Origin: an uncultured Lentimicrobiaceae bacterium
Lineage (GTDB): Bacteria > Bacteroidota > Bacteroidia > Bacteroidales > 4484-276
Direction of reading: 5' to 3'
DNA length: 64,000 nucleotides
Assembly: GCA_964593705.1 (NCBI GenBank)
Contig: CAZQIV010000018.1
Location: 586 to 64,585, forward strand
Shown here: in pieces, positions 37,601 through 41,669 of the stretch
Numbering within the stretch: position 1 is the first letter of the stretch
How the letters are laid out: each line of letters begins with the position of its first letter
The notes under the pieces: generated by a model
Seen by the model: the letters and a program-made list of their open reading frames with translations, nothing else
The model's database searches: none
What the model was told of the DNA's origin: nothing
Translations under genes and position numbers: made by a program

Positions 37601-40079
37601 TATCAGTTTGGGCATTTGAACCATTAATCATTACACCATGATCCAGGTTTTGAGCCATCCAGCACTGTTCACCTATTAATATGCTAGCGTACTTTTTGCC
37701 ATCGCGGGTATCGGTCAATGAGTCGCCACAAGTAAGTTTGCATGTAAATTCCATTTGTTCTCCATAGGCTGTACCTGTCATACTGGTAGCAAAAGCCCTT
37801 ACATAATAGGTTTCGGACGAATTAAGCCCGTTTATGGTGTGACTGAATGTTCCTGTTCCGGCACCAATAATAATATTATCTCCGGCAATGGTAGGATTTG
37901 GCTCAGTGCCCCAGCACAAGCCGTGGGCTGTAACTTCATTTCCGGCATCACCGCTAACATTTCCACCACATACGACGCTTGTTTCTTTAATATTAAGTAC
38001 TTCTGAGGTGGTTACGTAGGGTAGAACTCCATGTATGCAGCGCACTCCATAACCATCTGTCATAAAGAGTTTTTCGCGGAATACACCACTCGATTCTTTA
38101 TTAAGGAAGCGACACCAAGCTTGGGTAGGGCTGTGCAAGGTAGAGGACCAAAAGCTGCCAAATACTTTCAGGAAGGAAAACTGGTAGTTTTGGCTGTACA
38201 ATCCATTTCCTAAGGCTGTAAAGCCACTGCTATTTGTAGCTCCGGTATAGGGGCTGTTCCAATGAGCTGTTCCGGCTTCTTTAAGTTTTTCACCGGCATC
38301 AGTCCCAGACCAACCGGTAGAGGAGCAATCTACTGTGGCATCGAGGAATGATGTCAAGATGCACCAATCGGCATCTGTGGGAAGACGCCATCCCTCGGGA
38401 CAAACGCCCTGCAGGCCTTCTTTGGCTTGGAATTGCATCATATTATCCCACTGGTAAAGGCCACCGTAGGTAGCGCAATTTGCATCCAAATCTTCATAAC
38501 AATATTTTTCAATATCATCTTCATTGTCCTGGTTTTCTGAACCATCAATCCTAGACCCCACATTTAGGTTTTGGGCCATCCAGCACTGCTCACCAATTTG
38601 TTTGCTAGCGTACTTTTTACCATCACGGGTATCGGTAATTGAGTCTCCACAAACTAGTTTTGTAGTAAACTCCATTTGTTCTCCATATGCTGTACCCGCC
38701 TGGTTTGTGGCAAAGGCTCTTACATAATAAGTTTCGGACGAATTAAGCTCGCTTATGATGCCACTAAAAGCTCCATTTCCGGCACCAATAACAGTAGAGT
38801 AATCGGCAATAGCAGGATATGGTAGCGTGCCCCAGCACAAGCCACGGGCTGTAATTTCATTACCGGCATTATTAGTAACTTCTCCACCACATGCGGCGGA
38901 GTTTTTACCAATGTTGGTTACTGCCTGGGTAGTAAGGGTTGGCAGAATTCCCCTAATGCAGCGTACGCCATATCCATCTGTCATAGCACGGCTGGTACGA
39001 TCCATATTGCTTCTTCCATAGCCAAGGTGCCGACACCAAGCTTGGGATGAGCTGTATGTAGTTGATGACCAAAAACTACCATAATCAAGCAGATATTCAA
39101 AATTATCGGAATGTCTTTCTCCATTTCCTAAAGCTGCAAAACCAATGCTATCTGTAGCTCCGGTGTTATTAGTACTCCAGTGTAGGTTTCCGGTTTCTTT
39201 TAGTTTTCCACCGCCATCATCACCCCGCCAACCGGTACTTCTGCATTCTATGTTGTCGTCAACTTCCTGTTCCAGGATGCACCAATCGGCATCGGTGGGC
39301 AGGCGCCATCCCACGGGGCAAATGCCCTGCAGGCCTTCTTTGGCTTGGAATTGCATCATATTGTCCCACTGGTAAAGACCTCCATAAGTTTCGCAGTTAT
39401 CATCTTCATCATCGTAGCAGTATTTTTCCAGAGTGCCGGTATTTGTTTGGTCGTTAGAACCATTGATTCTCGTTCCTACATTCAGGTTTTCAGACATCCA
39501 GTGCTGTTCGCCGATTTTCACTATACCATACACCTTATTATCACGGGTATCAATAAATGAGGTAGTAAATTCCCTTACTTCACCATAAGCAGTATCCTGA
39601 CTGCTAATGGCCCAGGCCCTTACATAGTAAGTTTTTCCTACGGTAAGGTTAGTTAATGTTCCCGAAAACTCGTCCATACCATCGCCATTATTTGTGCTGT
39701 CTGTCATAAATTCAATGGTAGGGTTTGGTTTAATATGCCAAACTAAGCCCTTTTCCAAAATTGGGTACGCACCATCATCAGTAATTTCACCACCACAAGT
39801 TGCGCTTGTTGTAGTAATATTGCTTACAGAGTCCGTCCTGACTGTTAATTCTCCTATCACAAATGTAATTTCATTTGAAAAGTCTGAACCGGCAAAACCG
39901 TTGTCGATGGCCTGCACAGCACAATAATACCTTCCTGAATTTGGAACTATTAAGTATGCACTAGTATTTTGGCAATTACCCATGGCAGCAATTTTCCGAT
40001 GGCCACTTGCAATATTTGCCATTGCAGATACAATTTCTTGACCTCCTGGTGTAGTCCCTATACGAATATTATAGGTCAA
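16662..40079 (-). CDS. giant multidomain T9SS cargo / adhesin-like surface protein (7,805-codon distal part of a 25-kb frame)
   Basis: Uninterrupted 23,418-nt ORF whose called start is a TTG with no signal peptide. The domain series is listed in the features below. It ends in a T9SS C-terminal sorting domain. Confidence 0.85.
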   Translation of the reverse strand: MTYNIRIGTTPGGQEIVSAMANIASGHRKIAAMGNCQNTSAYLIVPNSGRYYCAVQAIDNGFAGSDFSNEITFVIGELTVRTDSVSNITTTSATCGGEITDDGAYPILEKGLVWHIKPNPTIEFMTDSTNNGDGMDEFSGTLTNLTVGKTYYVRAWAISSQDTAYGEVREFTTSFIDTRDNKVYGIVKIGEQHWMSENLNVGTRINGSNDQTNTGTLEKYCYDDEDDNCETYGGLYQWDNMMQFQAKEGLQGICPVGWRLPTDADWCILEQEVDDNIECRSTGWRGDDGGGKLKETGNLHWSTNNTGATDSIGFAALGNGERHSDNFEYLLDYGSFWSSTTYSSSQAWCRHLGYGRSNMDRTSRAMTDGYGVRCIRGILPTLTTQAVTNIGKNSAACGGEVTNNAGNEITARGLCWGTLPYPAIADYSTVIGAGNGAFSGIISELNSSETYYVRAFATNQAGTAYGEQMEFTTKLVCGDSITDTRDGKKYASKQIGEQCWMAQNLNVGSRIDGSENQDNEDDIEKYCYEDLDANCATYGGLYQWDNMMQFQAKEGLQGVCPEGWRLPTDADWCILTSFLDATVDCSSTGWSGTDAGEKLKEAGTAHWNSPYTGATNSSGFTALGNGLYSQNYQFSFLKVFGSFWSSTLHSPTQAWCRFLNKESSGVFREKLFMTDGYGVRCIHGVLPYVTTSEVLNIKETSVVCGGNVSGDAGNEVTAHGLCWGTEPNPTIAGDNIIIGAGTGTFSHTINGLNSSETYYVRAFATSMTGTAYGEQMEFTCKLTCGDSLTDTRDGKKYASILIGEQCWMAQNLDHGVMINGSNAQTDNQTNEKYCYDNDPANCDTYGGLYQWDEMMQFQAKEGLQGICPEGWRLPTDADWCILTTFLDPTVDCSSTGWSGTDAGGQLKETGTAHWNSPNYGATDSSGFTALPSGRRDIDGSFVYLNSYGVLWTCTNYDAAGAWGRSLNNGFKTMARPLRNKNDGLAVRCLRETPRTVTTNNAVNITTSSAVCGGAVLEDNGYPITEKGIVLSKTPKPTKGGSNTIETTNGSGLGSFSSTISGLDEGQTYYVRAWATSSQGTTYGNEVEFTAVLESCEGLFTDTREGGQEYSMVRIGKQCWMAENLNYGVRVYSSENMSENDVIEKYCYDNEEDSCAVYGGLYQWDEMMKYEENEGGQGICPPGWHLPSDVEWLTLQESVKSNPNYLCSTDSNAIAKALADTLAWEESTESCAVGNDLSQNNATGFAALPAGSRHNNGSFFDGLTLGKWWSSTQTEYTRARRRYLLHTSASLLSDVYQKSYGLSVRCIRGHLPTVTTRSVSDVDKNSATCNCNVSDAGGTDITTRGVCYSLEKNPTIDSPGNMSIAGNELGDYSISIDNLNPGMLYYVRAFATNNDGTAYGEQLEFFTTFDCNEVLIDARGEEPIEYATVKIGEQCWMAENLNVGTKMDSWNDQTDDDAIEKYCYNNDEDNCDTFGGLYQWNEVMQYETFEAAQGICPPGWHLPTDAEWCTLENAVEPEPNSVLCDATGWRGVVAGAKLKPSGNSGFDGLMAGKRQEYITFEGLGDSCYWWSSTSFNETTPWRRHIATARNKVNRYTASRWNAFSVRCIRGALPSIITTSVSNVTDSSALTGGIVGNNGGLQVTARGVCWNKTQNPNTSDMKTINSEGIGAFTSNIEGLTPGVKYYVRAYATNEIGTVYGSQKVFETNSFINGYLFDCGTEFMDPRDHIVYSTATYGTQCWMTENLLHGEFRDQSSDEDQTDNDIFEKYCYNDNENNCIYYGGLYQWDEMMEYNETEGAQGICPVGWHIPSNEEWTTFTDFIGNKEEYLCGNYGIGGIARALAANEHWEPSEYDSCVPGHDLTKNNATGFTALPAGMGIRAFNNYPASYGELYKNTWWWTSTKNDDELARYRGLSCDGINVLANEFGIGRSEGLSVRCVRTALPIVKTKQVFNITPDSAKVMGETNPNIEVDITITERGVCISLAPNPTITNRKIIDDGEDNVFVVNVDGLNPLARYYVRTYAITEEKGTAYGAQWEIKYAFCGNRIGDYRSDTLQIYNTIEIGEQCWMADNLNVGVKINGAQNQTNNDTIQKYCYDNDDAKCKEYGGLYQWYEMMQYDTTSGRQGICPDGWFLPADADWCALEQHYDEDIDCLFVGLRGTAGDFLKESGVAHWNNPNAGNGTNGFAALGSGYRDITGGALSGLKAVAHFWSSNRNNSSTAWQRGLKSESAEVIRKVDNVLYGFSVRCLKVKLPILSTKAVSKISHTTAISGGNISKDGGRPVTEHGLCWSNSPNPTIENDTVRSGSGIGGFNDTITGLSKNTTYYVRAYATNTHGTAYGDERSFSTSFACGDSLTDSRDGRVYPTLHLGNKCLMAANLNYGEQIDGSQDQLENGIIEKYCYDDEEDKCDAYGGLYQWNEMMQYTALEGEQGICPDGWHLPTKAEWTALIDSVKINQDYKCNNTPNFIAKALADSTKWSPSDITCAIGNDTLLNNTTGFTALPGGRRHTNGNFYDLKTFGIWWSSTQDGDLLAWRRFMNYNGEKFYLGHPEKDYGFSVRCVMGDLPTVSITPVSNFTDVSASLSGKDSLSGGMEVTARGFCVGTEPLPGISNTHTNNGSGTGTFEASITGLAPGQTYYIRAYATSSVGTAYSTQLEFTTSTVAFACNNSFVDVRDNHIYTTRQIGEQCWMAENLNVGTKLIGSEEQTNNGTIEKYCYDNEEDNCNVYGGLYQWNEMMQYDTTSGRQGICPAGWFLPTDAEWITLTDYVSNVPDYRCDENSSYIAKALAAQTHWDPSTFICSIGNNLSENNATGFSGLPGGGFSGFFQSFSGSTLFTYWWSSTRMISSSYSLLRSLSHSNKKVFTNGFSKIEGLSVRCIKGKLPTINTADIDDITDNTASSGGNVGNEGSSPVTARGVCWSVSPNPTIYNNLTDDGEGSGDFTSNITGLSPLSTYYVRVYANNSMGTAYGEQMEFTTSTFACDNPMTDSRDGKEYAVVKIGEQCRMAENLNFGERIDGSEEQMNNDVIEKYCYNNIEDSCNTYGGLYQWNEMMQYTINESANGICPAGWHLPTDTEWNIFSDFIMDQSAFLCNANTSNIGKALAAQTNWNTDDTDTCNVGFSLNTNNATEFAGLPGGRRRYTGSFLDVKEHGMWWSSTQVDAENSKRRVLSYNDARFLPHQPLKSQGFSVRCLKGAYPTVSTSSTSNATPGSVITGGHISDGGGMEITARGVCWSTTEHPTLADSFTTDGAGTGIFSSSITGLNIGQSYFVRAYATNSLGTAYGEQQTILTASVMSPSGNALNFDGVNDYVVIPNENQFDFTDSLTVEAWIKVTAFNHPYQAIVTKGDNSWRIHRQGSTNHIAVDINGLNPYKLESNTDVSDGKWHHVAFVFDGTNTYLYIDGKEDDSNLNVDGSINLNNEPVQIAANSEMSGRNFNGMIDEVRIWNDARTVDEIHENMFRPLSDTEDNLVSYWSMDQSSGNILTDHTGRNHGILQNMNDDDWVSSGAFAGPRNGIKLDGVDDRITIDHNSIHPEGTIEFWLYPESFFNFNTIFDNGGVNEWKMLIYANTNLSFAIDGESVEYNLNNLQGDKNWYHVAVLWQQHDGSMVDYYLYIDGVLRDTQKDRNWHDQLRYFYIGGNGDENKGKFTMDEFRYWSDMRTEQEIRENMCRTLTGNENNLLIYYRFDQTDGDNKVYDATSGNKYDYMFFTDASCWVNSNAFNTWVGCTDNSWGTASNWSTQQVPNADTTNVGIPFIAGGNNPSINSSYSCNNLTIETGATLSTSTGLVLSTFGNPYCYGTISGNAKVKMTGPNPMHYPSGNFVNLVLDNPIGASLSGDMTITGTLELTDGNMDQGSYNIKLGEMGYLAESGENSLSGTTGTISTTRALHAGDLSEGKNIAGLGAEITMDGALDITTITRGYSPQGTGQSSIYRYYDIAPASNTGLDASLKFHYNGNELNENEPGALKLYSSSDDGDTWQPRGGEVNEVNESISLDNLYTFSRWTASDDTLGNTLNAAFEADTTIGSTSFDVQFTDLSSYDNVDSVSWSWDFGNGNTSVSRIPASQTYSLNGDDLTNYTVSLTITEADSSSKQVKEDYITVCPDNYWVGEVDTTWTADESPYYVGGEIIVPLGDTLTIEPGVSVLFRPNSIDWQEMPAQPTRENIDFGFMTVYGTLDVQGEENDSVVFTRMGNKGSWGLVHIVDTANPGGEQIRYLKMEHASYMYDEGKELAGLCLDNNDVTVRNSRFSNNYIGIKCNSSNAHIEHNSLSENHIGISLTSSAAYISDNDIMLNQTNGITCLNDTSSITGNRIRFNVKNGLYCEQSDTAKIIGNTIEGNKNGIHSINSIGMIISADTIKANSEYGIICENDSTFISANDISDNGINGVDFYKSFSMVSGNNILNNAHSGIHCDLSDPSIEGNNITGNINGILCKNASKPHIDGNAISYNWAGIGCYEGSVPQILHNIIASNSNTGIDVASGAKATLVSNTITDNNGYGVYCYDDASVIIDNSILWGNGASIVAPGSQATVTWSCVQGGYEGEENIIKDPMFIQKGNEKYHLKWSSFPFKDGVNISPCINTGNPDLNGNDTLWIDDPEDRDPDMSCADMGARYYHQLPLVTIMYDNDSTKNNYNFEEQLFIPDVSEPKMFQVKNDADRLNECRLFFTDPPGYDNQFHVDGRKPDTDTILILLPYALDSVNIVYEPTHVINNLQSHVIVGERETYADSITLSGISIGSGTVQGTITTLFNSNVKDVTVSVIPIPPNGKVYFDSTDVNGFYSVSNVGYGEFYVKPEYNENGLQHEFNPEASTVQLYTNVPSIRNFNDVSVFPVSGRIVFYGDNNNCPSENILMKIDGSPTTATDENGEFTFGGVSLGYHTFAPELTAHTFFPSDYTIYVDGPKGGIDFIDEFTNNLSGYIAGAGGDFDTIPISSDSIPITFHCTANCMPDVEIKTDLKGFYSVDLPPLEYEVTPQGILYNNYGYPGDLPKDTLIKFDPVNVDLTVGDTIQDFFFHSEPVIEIMGFDSVTNGYNMVVLEQFEQYWVDIKVYEPYRGVNDEGSDTLYKCMQDTGIIVIMNNLSDLPGEEIPYSDTLPLYSFYAGLPNISAGGVHPYQKSLDIRYLINDLQRTAHQEWVYIVGQRPRASAFATTSPEIPLLILRDPPGDQSYSELSESTEVSTSISISHKLDESIGLSRTVNLGATFESLSGFGFQINTKVEVTLETTSSLNINMSQNWVKENQLSFETSEIFTTSQSDFDVGQKGDLYVGAAMNLIYGITDVLTIDGSEVKVDQELIVVPDGFETTYIYTEGHLENVVIPTLYLIGDEKSAHRWEDYIALNQSLKDEAEFIENISFNGGPSYSYTETTVKSKTNTFEFDLNIAREIALTAGVEINDFGLNGTVSASFGYTYGNSEVNTEVNTNTVSYTLQDDDQYDNMTVDIMQDPVYGTPVFVTLSGQTMCPHEENTQPRQGCSLGQHEFNMFGAPPDEEVVFQGFRMINEGQSNEAMDYELLVQNASNPYGAIIKAAGTVISASNSLIYNIPANELIEINISVARPPGGIYDFEGLKLELRSTCESGPGFSDIATFNVHFTPPCSPVSLQAPQDNWHVNQSNLDTLAVIINGYDYTNPQLNKIGLEYSSVNGNDWFEIFSFTRQEIQNTITQEGIWVVGNFSGSYRLRAFTECNNGDRNYSMIAEGVIDDVPPQVIIRRPTDNILHSGDEISFTFNEKLDPSSVNLNNIQIVHPDSGTIIPSSIQYDQDLKKVFLTIDPGISYFIEDETLQAEVIGVKDLNGNLLNGKDSINFLVNQGPLGWNPNSHNASIFVDESICFTSTLQNSSSKNVPYSVLLPNWLSADQPLSGNLSGAGGSVVYEFSSDSLTGQFYWDTISVTMLGYPKETLPISVTVTGGGSLEVSPLTDSVPSSIPEGAEYGEVVFNVLSSVVAWSVSENEEWLSLGVPNMGAYNGPFTIRYDENTSYYERTGEIYVSAWGMPDFVVTITQAGAEAPLEIDPYIQEVTATAGITYFYVTTNYNFIDDEQWKVDSIADWLSVSPLTDTANYQLSVAYSKDTMVGGRIGSFSVLIDGVYEVVGKVQQAGADTILSVEADTLNNLSYEQDTAYIIVEANCSWKLNESLDWLGIYPNSGVGDTTLAVYYTENTIAGQRSGVITTSVVGIPNVLWLDTIMVTQNGPPATLAVDTTEMDVPATSGSISFDVTSNTQWTASTDDDWLNPLPEIGNGSGTLSVHYSKNPLAAPRNGTVTLSADSVESIEITINQDAADTALVVSPANRNVSASDGATSFEISSTTTWSVSESANWLSVNQGTGIGDSTLIVNYEVNNLISGRIGMITILADGVPNVMVSINQAGGTPVLEVGPPHRDVTGSSGSTTFNVSSNINWMVWNVEDWISVSPLIGMNTDTITVSYEGNPSTNPRTASILIWGSEVPSAVVTITQDAGNSILTVSPIARNVTSVQDTTTFTITSNTEWTVSVETGVDWFTVLPFEGIENEVLKLVYNENTTIDERQGSITVEVEGVLSEVVTIYQAGGDTTLSVNPSNLNVPAFDSVTIFNVMSNTFWNAASNVNWLSVVPENGADSSAITVEYAKNLTIYPRVGSVMVSSVGVPDAVVTINQAGGDTTLSVNPSNLNVPAFDSVTIFNVNSNTSWKALSNVNWLLVDSTIYNDSSALTVNYAENLTIVPREGRITVSADGVPDAVVTINQARGDTTLSVNPEFLNVPAIDSVTIFNVMSNTFWNVASDVDWLSIIQTNGADSSAITVEYAKNLTIDPRVGSVMVSSVGTPPAVVTINQAGGDTTLSVNPDSLYLAAFEGDTIFNVASNTSWKALSNVNWLLVDSTIYNDSSALTVNYAENLTIVPREGRITVSADGVPDAVVIINQARGDTTLSVNPSNLNVTAIDSVATFNVASNTSWNVASDVDWLSVVQANGSDSSAITVEYAENLTIDPRMGSITVTADGADPATITINQAHGDTTLSVNPEFLNVPAFDSVTIFNVASNTSWDIVSNVEWLTVDSTNGSDSSAIVVHYFENPTIIPRVGSIVVSANGVPPAVVTINQPRGDTTLSVIPDILNVAAIEGDTIFNVSSNTAWDIVSDVGWLTVDTANGSNSSEIIVHYYENPTIISRVGSITVSADGVPNSVVTIYQSRGAPSLSVNPDTLNVQAIAGDTIFNIASNTSWNIACNVDWLTIVPITGSGSNAIAVHYNENPIIDSREGSITISADRIPDVVVPISQAGVEAILSVSPDMLNVLAFAGSETLDVVSNLSWLVRVEGEWLRTSSDTGFGNDVLILEYEENLSLLERFGKVIICSPAGLDAIVKVFQAGANPYLSVNPANQMVSPIEGTLNFDVISNCSWIANETEDWLSIDSPDSTGNGTITVSYMENSSASSKLGEVNIETADGVLGAIFTITQDTWAIHNVSLPLGWSGLSSYVMPKDAGIENIYDSILERLVVAITEEEIYYPAYNINTIDTWKQHSAYKVKTNAGANLNILGLLEENKTLQLAEGWNLIPVVSACPADVASLFAGLEYDLVIVKQLAGYNVYWPAMGINSLGNVMPGKAYYALATNAFEITFEDCMKGAIDYPPNSNTLGEFAAISEISPWELTMPTASTHSFAIYPDAVKGFDQGCLIGVFDPSGKCFGLTPIGFGVNGLTVFGNEMYCAQKVGFDQGELIRFRLYNPDTYLEFEIFPIFDTSLPNADGTFVENGLSAITEFKSSETGITNNFGDEIGIYPNPTTGRFRIMGIDADAIIEIFDINGQAVQYEISNATSQYELSLMNQQSGIYMVRIFSQGKYHYKKLILDTE
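16665..16895 (-). other. T9SS C-terminal sorting domain (Por secretion tail)
   Basis: IGIYPNPTTGRFRIMG...IEIFDINGQAV...SGIYMVRIFSQGKYHYKKLILDTE. Confidence 0.85.
17840..22390 (-). repeat. about 17 tandem BACON-like (Ig-like) modules of about 88-90 aa
   Basis: The recurrent pattern is ...L.V.P..L.V.A......F.V.SN..W.....V.WL.V....G..S..I.V.Y.EN....R.G.I.V.A.GV...VVTINQAG. Seventeen T-I-N-Q-type module ends were counted by hand. Confidence 0.7.
19395..20136 (-). repeat. recent 528-nt (two-module) intragenic tandem duplication
   Basis: 19395-19608 and 19923-20136 are identical at 213 of 214 positions by hand alignment, differing only at 19438/19966. Flanking segments with the same 528-nt offset are also highly similar. 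Confidence 0.85.
22720..23010 (-). other. SbsA-Ig / Big_5-like domain
   Basis: DDVPPQVIIRRPTDNILHSGDEISFTFNEKLDPSSV...LQAEVIGVKDLNGNLL. Confidence 0.55.
23010..25000 (-). other. unassigned roughly 660-aa Ser/Thr-rich beta-type core
   Basis: The sequence from ...PLLILRDPPGDQSYSELSESTEV... to ...FTECNNGDRNYSMIAEGV matches no domain I can name. Confidence 0.4.
25450..25895 (-). other. two carboxypeptidase-regulatory-like (CarboxypepD_reg) beta-sandwich domains
   Basis: GTVQGTITT...DVNGFYSVSNVGYGEFYV and VSGRIVFYGDNN...TDENGEFTFGGVSLGYHTF. Confidence 0.6.
26550..27400 (-). other. right-handed parallel beta-helix (PbH1) repeat region
   Basis: More than ten repeats of roughly 23 aa of the type N.I..N...GI.....S...I..N. 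Confidence 0.75.
27790..28050 (-). other. PKD domain
   Basis: FDVQFTDLSSYDNVDSVSWSWDFGNGNTS...YTVSLTITEADSSS. Confidence 0.7.
29050..30200 (-). other. two LamG / concanavalin-A-like lectin domains
   Basis: ALNFDGVNDYVVIP...TVEAWIK...WHHVAFVFDG...LYIDG...FNGMIDEVRIWN, and a second copy GIKLDGVDDRITI...WYHVAVLW...LYIDG...MDEFRYWS. Confidence 0.8.
30210..39848 (-). repeat. 10 tandem units of [about 95-aa Fn3-like beta-sandwich plus about 205-aa FISUMP (Fibrobacter succinogenes major paralogous) domain], followed by an 11th beta-sandwich
   Basis: Ten YGGLYQW...GICP.GW.LP...W motifs and ten ...SVRC(I/L/V) domain ends were counted. They are interleaved with modules ending YYVRA(Y/F/W)ATN..GTAYG. 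Confidence 0.8.
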
Positions 40080-40124
40080 ACCGTCCTGCGGCGTTTCGGT
40101 GTCGGTGGATTTGTCCCAGCTTAT

Positions 40125-40127
40125 TTA
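40125..40127 (-). other. single in-frame TAA separating the two parts of the 25-kb frame
   Basis: The minus-strand reading is ...tcc ggg atg gag gtt TAA ata agc tgg gac aaa tcc acc gac acc gaa acg ccg cag gac ggt ttg acc tat... The 15 codons from 40124 down to 40080 are open and in frame with both ORFs. Confidence 0.9.
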
Positions 40128-41669
40128 AACCTCCATCCCGGATACATTAATGCTAAGGTTTGCTGGTGTACTCGGTATGGTGTTATTGTTGGTTTCCTCA
40201 TTTTTGTATATTTTTGAAATGTACCCATCAGCGGAATTTCCTGTTAGCAGGATGTCCAGGTCACCATCCTTGTCGTAATCGCCCCAGGTGACACTGGAAT
40301 AGCAAACCCCGGGCAATCCGGCATCAATAGCTGTAAAACTACCTCCCCCATTATTGCCATAAACCTTTGAAACACGCCCATCAGGTGAATATCCTGTCAA
40401 GAGGATATCCAAATCACCATCATTGTCGTAATCGCCCCAGGCTACACTTGATGCATCTACGTCTGGTAAAACGTCATCAATAGGTGTAAAACTATCATCT
40501 CCATTATTGTGGTAAATTATTGAAACATTATTCCCATTGGTTAATTTGCCAGTCAAAAGCAAATCGAGGTTACCATCACTATCGTAATCACCCCAGGCTA
40601 CAGCTGAATTATCCACTCCCTCTAACACATCGTCTGTAGCGATAAAATCCCCTGCTCCATCATTGCGGTAAATACTTGAAATCCTAACACCATTTGAATT
40701 CCCTGTCAAAATAAGATCCAGGTCTTCATCATTATCGAAATCGCCCCATGCTACACTGGAATAATCTAAACCAGGCAATCCGGCATCAATATCTGTAAAA
40801 CTACCTCCCCCATTATTGCAATAAATCTTTGAAACACGTCCATCATCAGGTGAATATCCTGTCAAGAGGATATCCAAATCGCCATCATTATCATAATCAC
40901 CCCATGCTACACTGGATTTTTTTACGCCAATCAATCCGGCTTGGATATCAATAAATCCATTTACTGCATTATTTTGGTATATTTTTGAAATAGAACCCTG
41001 ATCTGATTCTCCTGTTAAGAGAAAATCCAGGTCACCATCATTGTCATAATCGCCCCATGCTACGCTGGAGTTTTTTACACCAATCAATCCGGCATTAATA
41101 TCAGCGAATCCATTTACTGCATTGTTTTGGTATATTTTTGAAATAGGACCATCATCTGAATCTCCTGTCAAAAGAAAATCCAGATCCCCATCGTTGTCAT
41201 AATCACCCCATGCTACACTGGAAGATGATACCCCAGGCAAAGAGGTTACGGTATCTTCTATAAAACCATATTCCCCATCATTACGGTAAATCTTTGAAAT
41301 AAAACCATCATCTGAATTTCCGGTCAAAAGAAAATCCAGGTCTCCATCGCTGTCATAATCACCCCAAGCTACACTTGATGCGTTTACGCCAGTGAGAGAA
41401 TCGGCCTCGCTGAAGCTTCCTATCAGAGGCATCATACCTGGAAAAGGGATCGGCAAATCAGGACTAAGCAAATCTTTATGGGATGCTTTTAGGCTTTCAT
41501 CCTCATCAATGGAAACATGCGCATCTGCGCCAGCAAGCGAAACAGTTTTAAAAACGGTGTTCGTGTTCGGTTTGGTTTCGCTGTTAAAATCAGTGTTATT
41601 GCCAGCAAATCCGGCAAATCCAATAATGCTGCAAAGCAGCAGGGAGATAGAGAGTAAAAGTTTTTTCAT
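40125..41669 (-). CDS. signal peptide plus 8 FG-GAP/VCBS repeats; proximal part of the giant frame, ending at the in-frame TAA
   Basis: Signal peptide MKKLLLSISLLLCSIIGFAG, followed by eight repeats of SSVAWGDYDNDGDLD(F/I)LLTG....ISKIY.N. Confidence 0.85.
   Translation of the reverse strand: MKKLLLSISLLLCSIIGFAGFAGNNTDFNSETKPNTNTVFKTVSLAGADAHVSIDEDESLKASHKDLLSPDLPIPFPGMMPLIGSFSEADSLTGVNASSVAWGDYDSDGDLDFLLTGNSDDGFISKIYRNDGEYGFIEDTVTSLPGVSSSSVAWGDYDNDGDLDFLLTGDSDDGPISKIYQNNAVNGFADINAGLIGVKNSSVAWGDYDNDGDLDFLLTGESDQGSISKIYQNNAVNGFIDIQAGLIGVKKSSVAWGDYDNDGDLDILLTGYSPDDGRVSKIYCNNGGGSFTDIDAGLPGLDYSSVAWGDFDNDEDLDLILTGNSNGVRISSIYRNDGAGDFIATDDVLEGVDNSAVAWGDYDSDGNLDLLLTGKLTNGNNVSIIYHNNGDDSFTPIDDVLPDVDASSVAWGDYDNDGDLDILLTGYSPDGRVSKVYGNNGGGSFTAIDAGLPGVCYSSVTWGDYDKDGDLDILLTGNSADGYISKIYKNEETNNNTIPSTPANLSINVSGMEV

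Noticed and set aside
30210-39848. Diversity-generating retroelement targeting the lectin-like FISUMP domains
   Set aside because: No reverse transcriptase gene is present in the window. I saw no template/variable repeat pair with adenine-specific differences. Similarity between units looks like ordinary duplication.
16764-40217. Dozens of 60-160-aa plus-strand ORFs inside the giant gene (for example 18019..18462, 27432..27887, 33536..34015, 34902..35372)
   Set aside because: All lie antisense to one uninterrupted 23.4-kb frame with clear domain content. Their sequences are low-complexity mirror images of the repeats, and none has recognisable motifs.
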